Below the pieces are notes generated by a model. It saw only the letters and a list, made by a program, of their open reading frames with translations. It was not told where the DNA came from and ran no database searches. The position numbers and the translations under genes were made by a program. A stretch of DNA of 64,000 nt from Eledone cirrhosa (lineage: Eukaryota), in NCBI GenBank assembly GCA_964016885.1, contig OZ024744.1, positions 77,996,001-78,060,000 on the forward strand, read 5' to 3'. This document shows, one piece after another, positions 29,446-42,343 of this stretch (positions within the stretch are counted from its first letter, which is position 1; the number at the start of each line of letters is the position of its first letter).

Positions 29446-30222
29446 AATGATTTGTAAAGCTCCAAACTTACTGAGAAGATTCAGTTTTATACCCTGTACC
29501 AGTGTATCAAAACGGAGCCCTCTACAAATAATGGATTGCAATTTAGACATGTCTGAAAATGCATGAAACACTTGCGACATCCTTTAATCACTGTAATTTA
29601 ATTGTTTATAACCATATTTAACAGTCCATAAAAATTTTATTGAAATGGCATCATGTCCCAAAATCTCTCAATGTATTTAGTTCAAAACCTACTACAAATA
29701 TGCCAAAACTCAAATCCTCTGGGTTTGTACTTTTGGATTAAGCTACACCTAAAAATACAAAAGATTACGCCCGTGTCGTGAAATCAACTGTTTATCACAT
29801 GCAATAAAATAGGATTTACATAAATATTTTTTAAATTGCCAAACACAAAAAATTTCATTTTCAAGAACCCGGAAAAAAAATAGGCAACTTCTGTCCCATG
29901 GACACTATTAATTTGTGTAATTTGAAGGTGATTATCACCTCAGTTTTAAAGATATGACATCACAAATATGACAAATTATTTATTTGGGCCTAATTAGGCA
30001 AGATTTCAACCAATTCACTAACCATTAAAATTGTCATATTTCCTAAACTATTTCATCCAAATTTCACAAATGAAGTATCAAAATATTTCTTTTTGGATGC
30101 TCCCCTCTCCAAGAAAAAATAGTTTTCAAAAATTTATAGTGATACTTAAACCAAAACAATATCCAACATAGGATTAAATATCTTTAAATCTTTAAACGCA
30201 TACATACTAGCAAATATGCATA

Positions 30223-30272
<50 letters not shown>

Positions 30273-30474
30273 CATATATACACCTACATAAATATGTGGA
30301 TGTGTTTGCTCCTCTTCATCTAAACAGTGAGATAAAAGTATGAAAAGATGCTATATTATGTTAGATCTCTAAGTTTACTCTGAAAGGAACACTATTCTAT
30401 GACATAACTTCACTTTGTGATACCTTTGAATCAACTAATAGCAACAACTGGCAATTGAAATATATATATATACA

Positions 30475-30644
30475 CCGTATTTCCCAGCACCAAAAACGCT
30501 TTGTCCTTGAGGAAGCACCTTAATTTTGATAACCAAAAATTTGAAAAAAGAATAATAAACAAACTTTGGCCTCCAGGATGCATGGTAGATTTTTTAGACT
30601 TATTTTAGGAAAAAAAATAGTGTCTTCGACGCCAGGAAATACAG
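30475..30644. mobile_element. Tc1/mariner (pogo/Tc2-like) MITE
   Basis: CCGTATTTCCCAGC...GCCAGGAAATACAG|TA termini. Confidence 0.65.
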
Positions 30645-31899
30645 TACTTTAAAAATAACAAGATCACTGTCATTCTTTTTTTTTTTATTTTGGTTGGCTA
30701 GTTGATTAGTTGATGGATGATTTTTTTTTTATTTTTATTCTTTTACAGTAATGCCAGAGCACCAACTTCAAGGAATTCATAGTCAATTGAGGATTTATCA
30801 CACACACACACCCCTCCCCCAGGTAGTCTTTTTTTCTTCTTTTCATATCTAGACATTTTGTCAATCCTTTTTATCACACCAAGTTACTGGATATAAATAC
30901 ACAATAAACAGACACAGACCAGGTACACACACACACACACACACATATATATATTGGGCCTCCATGCAGCTTCTTTCTACTAAGTTCCACTCACAAGGTA
31001 AAAGATCAACCCAAGGCTATATATAGTAATAAACTCTTGCTTAAGGTGCCACACAGGAGAACTGAACCCAAAGCCAGGTGGATGCAAATCAAATTCCTTA
31101 ATCAAACAGGCAGTCCAGTGCCTGTGTTAATTTTGAATTAATAATTTTTAATTTATAAAATCAAATTCATAAAATGAATTTGAAAGGATTTTTATAAACA
31201 AGGATTCTTTTTAACACGATGACACATGTGTATATGTGCGTGTATGCATATATTTATATGTATGAGTATATAAATATAAACACGCAAATACACACTGACA
31301 GACATACATTCACACAAATATACATGCAGTGGTAGCAGCCAGCATCAATGAATGTTAGACGCTGTTTTTTGTAGCCTGTCATCACCCCTTCCTTCCTCAG
31401 TCATTCCTAGTGTGTGATGTAAGGACGGACGCAAGTCGCTCAAATTTATATATCCATCCAGAAAAGATGGAGAGATATCTAAAATATGGAAGTTTAAAAT
31501 CTATGGAGAGAAATCCTACCAATGCTTCTATACAAATATTATATTGTTGCTTCAATAGAAAGCATGTGGGGTTTTATTGCAGTTTAAAATTCTATTAAAA
31601 AAAAAACCTGAATCACAATAGACAAAAAACTAAATGTAAATATATATATATATAATATTAGGAAAAGCTCTTGACGTTACTTAAGTCACCCATCTCTGAT
31701 GTTGAATCCTGTTGGTGATGCGGGAACGGAGTTAACTATTATTGAGTATAATGACAGGAGAAATTCTTTCCAAGTTTTATTTCTGCAAACCATGCACTTT
31801 GTGTTTGCAGAAATAAAACTTTGCAGAAATTTCACAAGCCTGGCCTCCTGTCACCTAACTCAATAATAATAATAATATATATATTTATATATATATATA

Positions 31900-32125
31900 A
31901 ATGAAGTAATTCCGTCGGAAAGGTCTAGGAAAAAAGAGTGCTCTATGTAGGTTACAGAGCTTAATAGTTATGTAATAAACAACATAAGGCAATTATTTCA
32001 TTTACCAGTGGTTTCTTGAAAGCAAAATTTGTTTGCTTTCAATCATCAGAATGAAAAAATCCTGGTGTATTTATTGACATTGGATTTTAAAAACCTTTAT
32101 GTTGTTTATTACATAACTATATATA
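31900..32125 (-). mobile_element. Penelope-like terminal-repeat remnant, rearranged relative to 59028-59212
   Basis: Same two blocks as 59028-59212 in different order and orientation; CTGATGA-TT-GAAAGC on minus strand. Confidence 0.5.
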
Positions 32126-32142
32126 GTGTGTGCGCGTGCATG

Positions 32143-32187
<45 letters not shown>

Positions 32188-32930
32188 TATATTTGACTTC
32201 TTTCTATGACAAAGATGGTGGGAGTAAAAATCAGCCTAGCTGTCTAATAATTTGTTAACAATTCATTTTCAATTTTGATTTATTTACATTTGATTTTGAA
32301 TTTCAGATTTGATTCTACCCTAGCATTGCAGATTGGGATAACTGAAGAGAAATAAACATGTAAATAAAAACACTGGATTAATATTTCTATTCCTAAAGAT
32401 AAATTCAATAGTACTAAAACACAAAAGAACATCTGAGTCATCATCATCTATTCTTTCTTTCTTTCATACTTGAATGGGTTAGAGAGGTTGTCACATAAAG
32501 AGATAAGCCAGGTAGGCTTAGGTGACCACATGTTACTCATACTGATCTGTATTTTTGATATGGTTTCTACAGCTGGATGACCTTCCTAACGCCAAACATG
32601 TTACAATAAGTGATTTCAAAAACATTTTTAAAATGCTAAAATCAGAAATGTCCACTTTTATTTTATTTGTTATTTTGTTTTGTTTACTGGCACCATCACA
32701 GTTTGGCACTCTATGAAAGAAAAACAATTTTTAAATGTCTAGACAATTTAAAAATATTTACTCATATAAACATGTACACATACATACATCTTGATTCGGT
32801 CACATTATATTAGAATAAATTAATAGGATTAATGTGTTGTTATTATTATTGTTGTTGTCCCTTAAATGTCAGCCCTTGTGGCCAATAAATGAAATCATTA
32901 TTATCATTATTATTATTATTATTATTATTA

Positions 32931-33150
32931 GGGTGGTGGATTGGCAGTATTGGTAGAGCATCGGATAATATGCTTAGTGGCATATAGTTATGGCTCTAGG
33001 TTCTGAGTTCAAATCCTGCTGAGGTGCTTTGCCTTTCATCCTTACCAGGTCGATAAAATAAATTAGCAGTAATGAACGAGGGTCGATTTAACTGTCTTCC
33101 CTGTCCCCCACCCCCAAATTGCTGTCCTTGTGCCTAAATAAGAAATCACC
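32931..33150 (+). mobile_element. SINE family 1
   Basis: TGGCAGTATTGG A-box and GTTCAAATCC B-box, family body. Confidence 0.85.
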
Positions 33151-33368
33151 ATATATTATTATTATTATCATTATCAAGCAACAATAATAAGTGATAGGTT
33201 AACTGAATCAACAGAATGACTCGCAGGTGGGGTCATTTCCCTGGGTTCAAGTTTATTCCAAATCACATGCTGTGTCAGTACTATTGCCAATTAATACTAG
33301 CCAGTCAAGTCTACACTATATGTAAATAATAAGCCTTCGCAAAGAAGTTTGTTTATAAAATCTATTAA

Positions 33369-33577
33369 CCCTTTAGCATTGACATTACTTTATATTTTAT
33401 TATTGTATTTTTTTGGTAAAGTCTTTATTTCACATAATATCAAATCTATGAGATTTTGATATTATTTATTTTGAGAACAATACCTTAACATCAGTATATG
33501 TGGCTAGTTACAAACAATTTGAACTGAAAGAGGTGAGAGAGTTCTGGCCAGATATGGCTGGTTTAAATGCTAAAGGG
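33369..33577. mobile_element. TTAA MITE copy
   Basis: Same TIRs and body as 4506-4713, opposite orientation. Confidence 0.85.
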
Positions 33578-33721
33578 TTATAGAGATATCGTTTTTCATA
33601 CTTCAACATCTGGGTGTAAGTAAGCAAGTTCTGAGGAGCTGTAACACCACTGCTCTTATTTACTCCTATGCTGAGGTAAGTGTGACATGATCATAGTAAG
33701 ACTAAATGAATTTATCATACA

Positions 33722-34200
33722 CTAGCAAAAGAGCCTCTCGTTGCCGGACACACCTTTTGCCACTGTAAAAAAGCCCCCCCTCTCTCCTCAACATGGCTAT
33801 CTTTAAACCCAGAACTCTGCTTTTTCAGGGGACAGAAAGATTTAAACTATATGTTGACATGCTCCGGCAACTAAAAAACCTATGTATCTGCATACAAACA
33901 GACAGACATTTTCGTTTTTATATTTTGTACTGGCAAAAGAGCTCATCTTTGTCGAGCACACCTTTCGCCACTGTAACTACCCCCCTCCCCTCTTTCCTCA
34001 ACATGGCTGTCTTTAAATCGCCCCAGAACTCTTTCTATTTTAGAGGCAGAAAGATTTAAATTATTAAATTATATGTTGACATGCTCTAAATAACCTATGT
34101 ATGAAATTTGAACAAAAATGGATGGGAACTGTGTAAATGCATAAACTGCATACAGACAGATAGACATTACATATACGAGTACAAATACGCTTTTATTAAT
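33722..34200 (-). mobile_element. two tandem non-autonomous Helitron-like units
   Basis: Minus strand ends ccggcaacgagagg..gCTAG|T at 33722; second unit's 3' end at ~33929; TGTC microsatellite near each 5' end. Confidence 0.6.
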
Positions 34201-35670
34201 GATAATGGAACTATTTTTACTTTAATCTAGCTAAAAAGTAAAAGCTGCAATTGATTTTAAAATTGAAATTCAAAAAAAATAATAAACTAACAATTTAATT
34301 CTATTAAATACAATGTCAAAGTTTATATATTAGTCTTCATATCCCCCACCCCCACCTCCAGCCCACCATTATTGCTACCATTATTGTGTCCCACTCTACC
34401 CCTTAAGCCCTTTAATAACTAATCAAACCTCAGGAATCCTATCACCTGTACCCCTAACCTCCTCGCTTGTGTTACTAAATATGAACCACATCAATCCCAC
34501 AAGTCTAGGAATTCCTACAGTAAACATCATGGATATTGTCCAACACTCTCTTCCTCCTCCCACCCCCCTCCTCCTTAAACGACAGCGACAATGACCACTA
34601 AGCTGCACCACACCCTAGAAAATCAAAACAATGTCTTGAGATGAAAACATCTTCAGTATTAATTATCTATTTATATATTTGTTTGTTTCAGTTATTGGAG
34701 CGACTCGACTAGGGCACCACCACCTAAGGTATAGTTGATTATATAAATCCCAGTAACTATTTAATCAACAGGAATAAATTCAGAAAGGCAAAACAAACCT
34801 ATGGAGCAGCTTTGTTAAAAAAGTTTTTTTAAATCTCTATTTTGCTGCACCCAACTGTAACAGAATCTGCAACAGAATCTGTTTTTGTCAATAATTCACA
34901 GACCAAAAAAGCTAGGAGCATTAAAGGGAGACAATGCAATGATTGTTGTAATAAGCTTAAGTATATAAATCATGCAAAAAACCTATATATAATTCACTTC
35001 ACTGTTACTCAGAGTTTGCGTGTGCAGCTGGAGGACTAAACATAAAGAGAGAGAAAAACTAAGTTGGTATTGAGTTCTTCTCTTGTTCCATACAAACAAT
35101 CACAAAATCTTGCTTGTACTTTATCTTCTCTTATTGTGAACAGATAATTAGGACTCTCAAAGCTGCTACAAATACTCACCCTCAGAATTTTCAATGAGTT
35201 TTCCTGTTGACCTAATGTATAGAGTATAACAAAAATTGCATAACAAAGTCCAGGCTTTCTCACCATGATCAGTAACTACTTCAGCCACCCCTGCCTAGCC
35301 ATTGTCAACATACAATGAAGTACTGCTCACATGAGATACTGCAGCTGCTGCCACATATACACATTCAATGGTGTCTACAAAAAAAAAGGCCATTTCACTC
35401 ACTCATCATCAGCAATAACAACAACACTAGAACCTGTGGCCCACAAGCATGCTACTATAACAGCTTCTGAAAACACTAAATTTTCTAGCCCCCACCACAC
35501 AAACTCATTCATTTATCTTTTCCAAATTTCTTTTCGTCACTGTGCCTTTCCTTACTTCACACTTAATCCTTCATTCGCACAAATCCCACCCACATTTATG
35601 AAAACTGAACATCAACTGAACAAAATCTCACCAGCCTTGGTCTGTGAAATGGGAAATGAACCTGCTAACC

Positions 35671-35747
<77 letters not shown>

Positions 35748-36014
35748 ATATATATAATACACATATGTATGTTCACAAAACAAACAATAGTAACAAATAA
35801 GCTCATCCTGCATATTATATATTACATGTGTATATATACACACACACATACATATTTACATACACAAATATACACATATATATACATACATATATAAACA
35901 TATATATGCATACATATAAAAACATATATATATATACATACATATAAACATATATATATTTTATTTCATTACTACAAGTGAATCATTCAGTCACTCAAAC
36001 ATATTTTCTTTTTA

Positions 36015-36739
36015 GTTTAGTCAGGAAGGGATGGTCTCTGCCCCCCCCCCCCACACCTTTTTTTCAGGACTCATGCAACTTGCGGGAGATGTAATTTATC
36101 TTAAAAGCAAAAACCTGCATCAGAGTGGACCTTTTGCTGAAGACATCCAAGGACTAGAGAAACTGATTTAGTCTACCACCCAAGCACTTTACTGTTCAGT
36201 CAAGAAGGGAAGGTCACTGCAACAACAAACACCCTTTTTCTTTCAGGGATCATGCAACTTGCGGGAGATGTTTATCTTCAAAGTTAAAAACGTGCATCAG
36301 AGTGGACCATTTGCTGAAAACATCCAAGGACTAGAGAAACTGATTTAGTCTACCACCCAAGCACTTTACTGTTTAGTCAGGAAGGGAAGGTCACTGCAAC
36401 AACAAACACCCTTTTTCTTTCAGGGCTCATGAGACTTGCGGGAGATGTTGTTTATCTTCAAAGCAAAAACCTGCATCAGTGTGGACCATTTGCTGAAAAC
36501 ATCCAAGGACTAAGGAACTGATTTAGTCTAACACACAACCACTTTAGTGTTTAGTCAGGAAGGGAAGATCTCTGCAACAAACACCCTTTTTCTTTTTTTT
36601 TTTCCAGGGCTCAAGCAACTTATGGGAGATGTTATTTATCTTCAAAGCTGGCATAAATTCTTGCATCAGAATGGAGTGGACCTTTTGCTGAAGACATCCA
36701 AGGACTAGGGCAAGTGATTTAGTCTACCACCCAAGCACT
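36015..36739. repeat. tandem array of four ~178-bp units
   Basis: Unit starts (gtttagtcaggaaggga) at 36015, 36194, 36371, 36549. Confidence 0.95.
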
Positions 36740-36954
36740 CAGAAAAGCTTACAGCTGGAATAAACGTAATAAGATATCTAGTCAGATGCTCTAACAATTC
36801 TGCCAATTCACCATCCTCAACAAGTACTTTGTTTTATTGAGCCCCTCTCAAAAAAGATGAAAGGCTAAGTCAACTTTGGCAGAATTTGAACAAAAAAGCA
36901 TTGTGACCAATGCTCTACCGGTTCTTAGTGTTGACTGTCTTGGAAAATCTCATT

Positions 36955-37250
36955 CTGAGAGAGAGAGGGTGAGAAGAGAGAGAGAGAGAGTTAATGTGTT
37001 AATGAGAACACATGAATGAGAATATGATAAAATGTGTGTGTGTGTGTGTGAGAGACGAGAGAGTGTGTGTGTGTGTGAGAGACGAGAGAGTGTGTGTGTA
37101 TGTGAGAGAGAGAAGAGAGTGTGTGTATGTGAGAGAGAGAGAAGAGAGAGAGTGTGTGTGTGTATGTGAGAGAAAGAGAGAAGAGAGAGAATGTGTGTGT
37201 GTGAGAGAGAGAGAGAGAAGAGACAGAGAGTGTGTGTGTGTGTGTGTGTG
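36955..37250. repeat. compound (GA)n/(GT)n microsatellite
   Basis: Directly visible. Confidence 0.95.
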
Positions 37251-37767
37251 ATTTGTGTATGTATTTATTTTTAGACCTAGGGAGCTCACGTTTTTTTTAG
37301 AAAAGAGAAATGAATACTTTCTAAACTACAATTATGCATTGTTTTTCATTTTTTGTCATACTGAGAAAAAGATAATGAAAATAATAATAATGATAATAAT
37401 AATAATAATCTGTACAACATTTAACAGCACCAACAACAAGATTGAGACAAACTAAAGACATTCGTTATACTAATTTAAAAAAAATAAAATAAAATAAAAT
37501 AATAAAATAAAAAGAATAAACAGTTAAAATTTAAAAAAAAAAAAAAAAACAGTTGAAATACAACATTATTTACATCTCATTTGAAATATCATTATCAGAG
37601 GTATTTTTTTTCTTCCTTTCAGGAAATTTACAGAACACAATTACGACAACTGATTCTTAACCATAACAAAAGTCTGAGCTCTCTCGTTTTAAAAAAAAAA
37701 AAGTTGTCGACAATCATATCTGTTGAAAGCAGGCAAAAGAGAAATGTATTTAAAATGCACAGAGGTT

Positions 37768-37852
37768 TCAGATATCCATGACATCATCTTCAGTTGAAAA
37801 GTAAGACTTATAAATGTCTGATGTATCTTGTACAGAAGTATATGGTAGTAAA
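37768..37852 (-). CDS. HCFC1R1/CCDC117-like protein, last coding exon (NLLPYTSVQDTSDIYKSYFSTEDDVMDI*)
   Basis: Acceptor tttttctattgcag|, phase 2 matching the previous exon, TGA at 37770-37768; DDVMDI* resembles the family C-terminus (D-x-MEL*). Confidence 0.8.
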
Positions 37853-38106
37853 CTGCAATAGAAAAAGATAAATATTTACTAAATTTATAATATATAAAAT
37901 ATATGCAAAGAAATACACTCACATTCAAATACACATCATCAGCATCACTGTTTAACATATATTTTTTTATGCTTGCATGGATTAGACAGGTTATCCATAT
38001 TCTGAGGTTACAGGAGTCAGACAGTGAAGGTAAATCAGGGATGTGAGCATAAGACTGAGAGGGAGTACATTGTGTGTGTGGGGGGGGGGGGGGCGTCTTT
38101 CCACAC

Positions 38107-38139
<33 letters not shown>

Positions 38140-38229
38140 TGAAGTAAACGTTAAGTGGAAATATCCAAGAGTAAGAGCACTCAGCTCATAGGACGAGTTT
38201 AATATAAATAATTACAACAGTGACATAAT

Positions 38230-38277
38230 CAGGTGCTCAAGTTTCGTTGGGTTCTGGGCCCCAATTCATTCAGCCTG
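38230..38277 (-). ncRNA. degenerate minimal hammerhead motif in a PLE remnant
   Basis: CAGG-CTGAATGA-ATTGGG-gcccagaa-CCCAAC-GAAAC-TTGA-GCA-CCTG: stems I and II pair; core has an insertion and a U-to-C change. Confidence 0.5.
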
Positions 38278-38292
38278 TCATGTGTGTGTGTG

Positions 38293-38327
<35 letters not shown>

Positions 38328-38401
38328 CAAATTGAAACAACAAAAAGTACAATGAAGAAATATATTAGTTTAGCATTTGATATAGTAGGAAAAGAGTTTT
38401 T

Positions 38402-38426
38402 GTTTCAGACACTAGTCCTTCATCAG
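38402..38426 (-). ncRNA. hammerhead core-like motif in a PLE remnant
   Basis: CTGATGA-A-GGAC-TAGT-GTCT-GAAAC; stems I and III do not pair well. Confidence 0.4.
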
Positions 38427-38959
38427 GAGATGGAATGAGAAGAGATGATATAGAAAGATAGAGTTAGAAGAGGAAAGAATTGAAACATTTTTTTAAGAAA
38501 AAGCATGTGTATTCTGTCAGATATATATATATATATATAAGCATACTTTTGAACATATCATTGAACACATATTAGCAGTCAAGAAACTTATCAGCAATAA
38601 CTGATGGATCAAGATATGTACATACCGGAAAAGACTTAACATAACTGACTAAAAAGAGAAGTTCAGTAGAACCTCAGTTCACAAACAACTTTTCTGAACA
38701 CAAAACATCTCGGTTGACAGTGTCTCGAGTAATGAACATGCAAACCGGCAACAACAGTTGGCGACAAGCTAGGAGCATCGGCAGGAAAGCATCACTTACT
38801 GTGTAGTTAGTTACTATGGTGATATCTATCTATCTTTCACACTGTATTTCTCTCTCACATTTCATATGGAAAAAATAGTTTGGGTTTACAAACATTTCAG
38901 GTGACTAAGAGCCTTCAGGAACCAATTAAGTTTGTAAACTGAGCTTCCACTGTAACTTA

Positions 38960-40010
38960 GATAAAATGCAATTTGGATTTATGTCAGATTTGAGATACTA
39001 CTGCTTTCTTCAAAGTAAAATAAGTGCAGGAGAAGAATAAGCCTCTATACCTAACATCCATTCTTGTTAAGAAGATATTTAACTGGGTGCCATGTCTTGT
39101 AGTCTGTTGGTCATTAAGAAAACTGTGTAGATGAATGGCTTGTGATAGCAGTGCAAGCCATGAACAGAAATGCTACCAGTAAAGTGAGAGTATACAAAGA
39201 GTTCAGTGAAGAATTTAGTGTATATGTAGGTGGACTTCACGGCTCAGTTCTAAGTCATCTGTTTATTAGAGTACTCCAAACAGTAATAGAGGGGAGCTAT
39301 TCATGGAAACTTCTGTATACTGATTAACTTGGTCCTTATAGCTGAATCTAGAAGATTTATGGAAGAAATTCCAGACATGGAAATAAAACCTAAAACCAAA
39401 AGGACTCATGGTAAATTCAACAAAGACTAAATATTTAGTAAGTAAAAAAAACAATGATATCTTAGTACTATCAGGGAATTGATGTGTTCTATATGCAGAA
39501 TAAGAGTGGGTAGAAATTCCATACTGTGTATCCATTATAATCTATGGAGGCACATGGCTTAGTGGTTAGAGCATTGGACTTGCAATCGAAAGGTTGTGAG
39601 TTCAATTCTCAGACCGAGTGATGTGTTGTTTCCTTGAGCAAGTCACTTTATTTCACATTGCTCCAGTTTACTCAGCTGTAGAAATGAGATGATAGGACTG
39701 GAGTCCCTATCATTCCACTACAAAGTGGTCGTGGAGGTGCCACAGTAAAAAAACACCCAGTCCACACTGTAAAATGGACGTGTAGGCGCCACGGAAAAAA
39801 AGCACCCTGCACTCACTGTAAATGAGGTTGGTGTTAGGAAGGGCATCCAGCTGTAGAAATCAAGCCAGAATCAGTTCCCGCCCCACCCTTGCAAGCAGGG
39901 AAAAGCGGACGTAAAATTATGATGATGATACACAAGAAGTGTAGTGGAATCAGAGACAGGCAGACAAAGAAGGAAAACTTCATGTTACAGATACACTGGA
40001 GTAGTTTGTA
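38960..40010 (+). mobile_element. old RTE family A relic interrupted by a SINE
   Basis: AVQAMNRNATSKVRVYKEFSEEFSVYVG..HGSVLS, WKLLYTD; resumes after 39930. Confidence 0.8.
39546..39929 (+). mobile_element. full-length SINE family 2
   Basis: A-box TGGCTTAGTGG, B-box GTTCAATTCT, core ccttgagcaag.cacttt..gctccagtttactcagctg, 48-bp units, RTE 3' end, (GAT)n tail. Confidence 0.9.
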
Positions 40011-40542
40011 CTAAGAGAACACCATCACCATTCTTTCATATCTGCTTTCTATGCTGGCATAGTTTGGAATGAGTTCCAACAGGTTATTAGAGTCAGAGAC
40101 CAGACAAAATCAGAGACCATAAACAATGATTTATTGTACAGCAATTTGCAAAGCAGCAACGGCATGAAACATAGGATAAGAAACCTTCCAGAAAAAGATT
40201 TCAACCATGCAAGCATTGGAAAACGGTCGTGAATATGGTCATGATGGTGACGGTGATTAATCCAATTCATAATTAATAAAAAAGTGATAAGAAAAGCATC
40301 CAGCCAGAAAAAGCCTGCCAAAAACTTATGAAAAACACAACCTATAATATATTAATATATATATATATATATACAGTAATTGTGTATACAGAACTAATAC
40401 TAATCATGTTAACCATCCAGCCCCTGCAAGCATGGAACAGCAGATATAAAAAGAATGGTGATGCTGGAGGTGATGGTAGTGGTGGCAGTGATGATGATGA
40501 TGAGAAAGAAAGAAAAAGCATGGAAAAGTAGGCAAAAACAGT

Positions 40543-40576
<34 letters not shown>

Positions 40577-40710
40577 CGGAAGAGAGAAAGGAAGAAAAAA
40601 GGAACGAAAAGAACAAGAAAGGAAAGGCAAACATAAAATGGACAATGCTGGTGAAAAAATAAAATAAAAGAAACTGCAAACTGTATTTTTATTTGAAGTG
40701 ATTTACTCAC

Positions 40711-40881
40711 TTAATATCTGGGAAATTTAAGGCACTTTTTGATAATTCCTCCTGAGTAGACTGGTCGTGGGTGATGTTGTTACTAGCAAAAGTATCTTCA
40801 GGAGAATGTTTCACAACATTAGCCAAAACATCTGGTGGTCGCCACAATACCACATCTAGGCAAGGTTTAGGTGTTGAAATA
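40711..40881 (-). CDS. HCFC1R1/CCDC117-like exon (IISTPKPCLDVVLWRPPDVLANVVKH...NFPDI)
   Basis: ctttgttcttacag| acceptor, |GTGAGT donor, 171 bp, phase 2-2; PCLDVVLWRPP matches the family motif P-x-x-E-L-[VL]-L-W-[KR]. Confidence 0.88.
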
Positions 40882-41068
40882 CTGTAAGAACAAAGAAAGA
40901 TAAAGAAACACCAACTTATGTGCTGTTAAGACAGTTAAAATAAGTCAGCACATCCCATTATCCACAATGTTTTTATTGTGGTAGATTTAAGTGATTTTTC
41001 CCTCCCACAAAATTGCTGGCCTTGTGCCTACAGTAGAAATCAATATTATTATTTTTATTATTATTTAA

Positions 41069-41235
41069 GGGCAGTCAATTGGTAGAGTTGCTAGAAGGAC
41101 AGAAGAAATACTTTGCAGTATTTGTTCCAGCTCTTTACGTTCTGAGTTCAAATCCCACCAAGGTTAGCTTTGTCTTTCATCTTTATGGGATCGATAAAAT
41201 AAAGTACCAGTAATGCATTGGGGGTCGATTTAATC
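41069..41235 (+). mobile_element. SINE family 1
   Basis: GTTCAAATCC B-box and family body. Confidence 0.75.
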
Positions 41236-41712
41236 ATATTCAACACAGATGATAGATTAGCAGTGTGGTTAGATTGATCTCTTAAGCATTTGTTTCAAGG
41301 TCAATTTAGTCTTTTGTCTTTTTTTTTTCAAGGTTGATAAATAAAGTACCAGTAAATAACGGATGGGGGGTGGGGAGAATATAATTAACTTTCCTCTCCC
41401 CACAATTTGTTGGCTTTATGCCAAATTAGAAATTTATTATTTTACTAGTTTCAGTTATTAGACTGTGCCCATGCTGGGACAACCACCTATGTTTATTTTA
41501 ATACTCAATTGATTAATCCCATCAGATTAACCCTTTTATTACCAGATTTCTTTCTAATGAAATAAACTATTCAAGTATTTTAATTAATTTTGAAAATAAT
41601 AAAAAATTTGGAAGGATTTAATAAAAACTTATTTTTCCATTAATAAGGGGCTATTTGGAATATATTAAAGTTTACACTCAATTTTAAGTAATTTTGTAAC
41701 GTTGCTTTTTAA

Positions 41713-41931
41713 CCCTTTACCATTTAAACCGGCCATATCCAGCCAGAATGCTCTTATGTCTTTCTGTTCAAACCGGCCATAACTGAACACTTATACTGAT
41801 GTTAAGGTATTGTTCACAAAATAAATAATATGAAAATCTCATAGATTCAATATTATGAGATAATTATGTCAAATAAAGTGTTTACCATGAAAATACAATA
41901 GTAAATATAAAGTAATTTAAATGCTAAAGGG
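41713..41931. mobile_element. TTAA MITE copy
   Basis: TTAA|CCCTTTA...TAAAGGG|TTAA. Confidence 0.85.
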
Positions 41932-42343
41932 TTAAAAGCAACCTATTTCTTATTTCTTACTAAGAACTTCATAAATCTCTTTAAAAATAAATAAATAAAT
42001 ACACAGGCACACATACATATTTTGCTTAAATAAAAATTAATGAAATTATATTTGCTGATGCTTCTATCAAAAATTAAACTAAATTAAATTAAATTAAGCA
42101 AAGACCATTTAATACTAACTAAATAAAACTATGTTAAATATTTCAAAGTGTAAAGAAATTTATTTAGAGAAAGAATAGAAGAAAAGAAAAGTAAAAGCAA
42201 ATAAATGAGGTAAAATAAAATTATGAAACAAAGTCACTATAATTTTAATGTCTTTATTAACAAAATAAGATCTTTTAAAATTTTGCAATAAATTTTTTTT
42301 TTCTTTTTCTTTTCATGTTGTATGAGAAAATCCTGAGACTCAC

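Noticed and set aside
37923-38010. Extra exon suggested by a GTGAGT at 37922
   Set aside because: Sequence is a decayed RTE/SINE terminus.
39546-39620. tRNA gene
   Set aside because: A/B boxes continue into a SINE body and LINE tail; no convincing cloverleaf or terminator.
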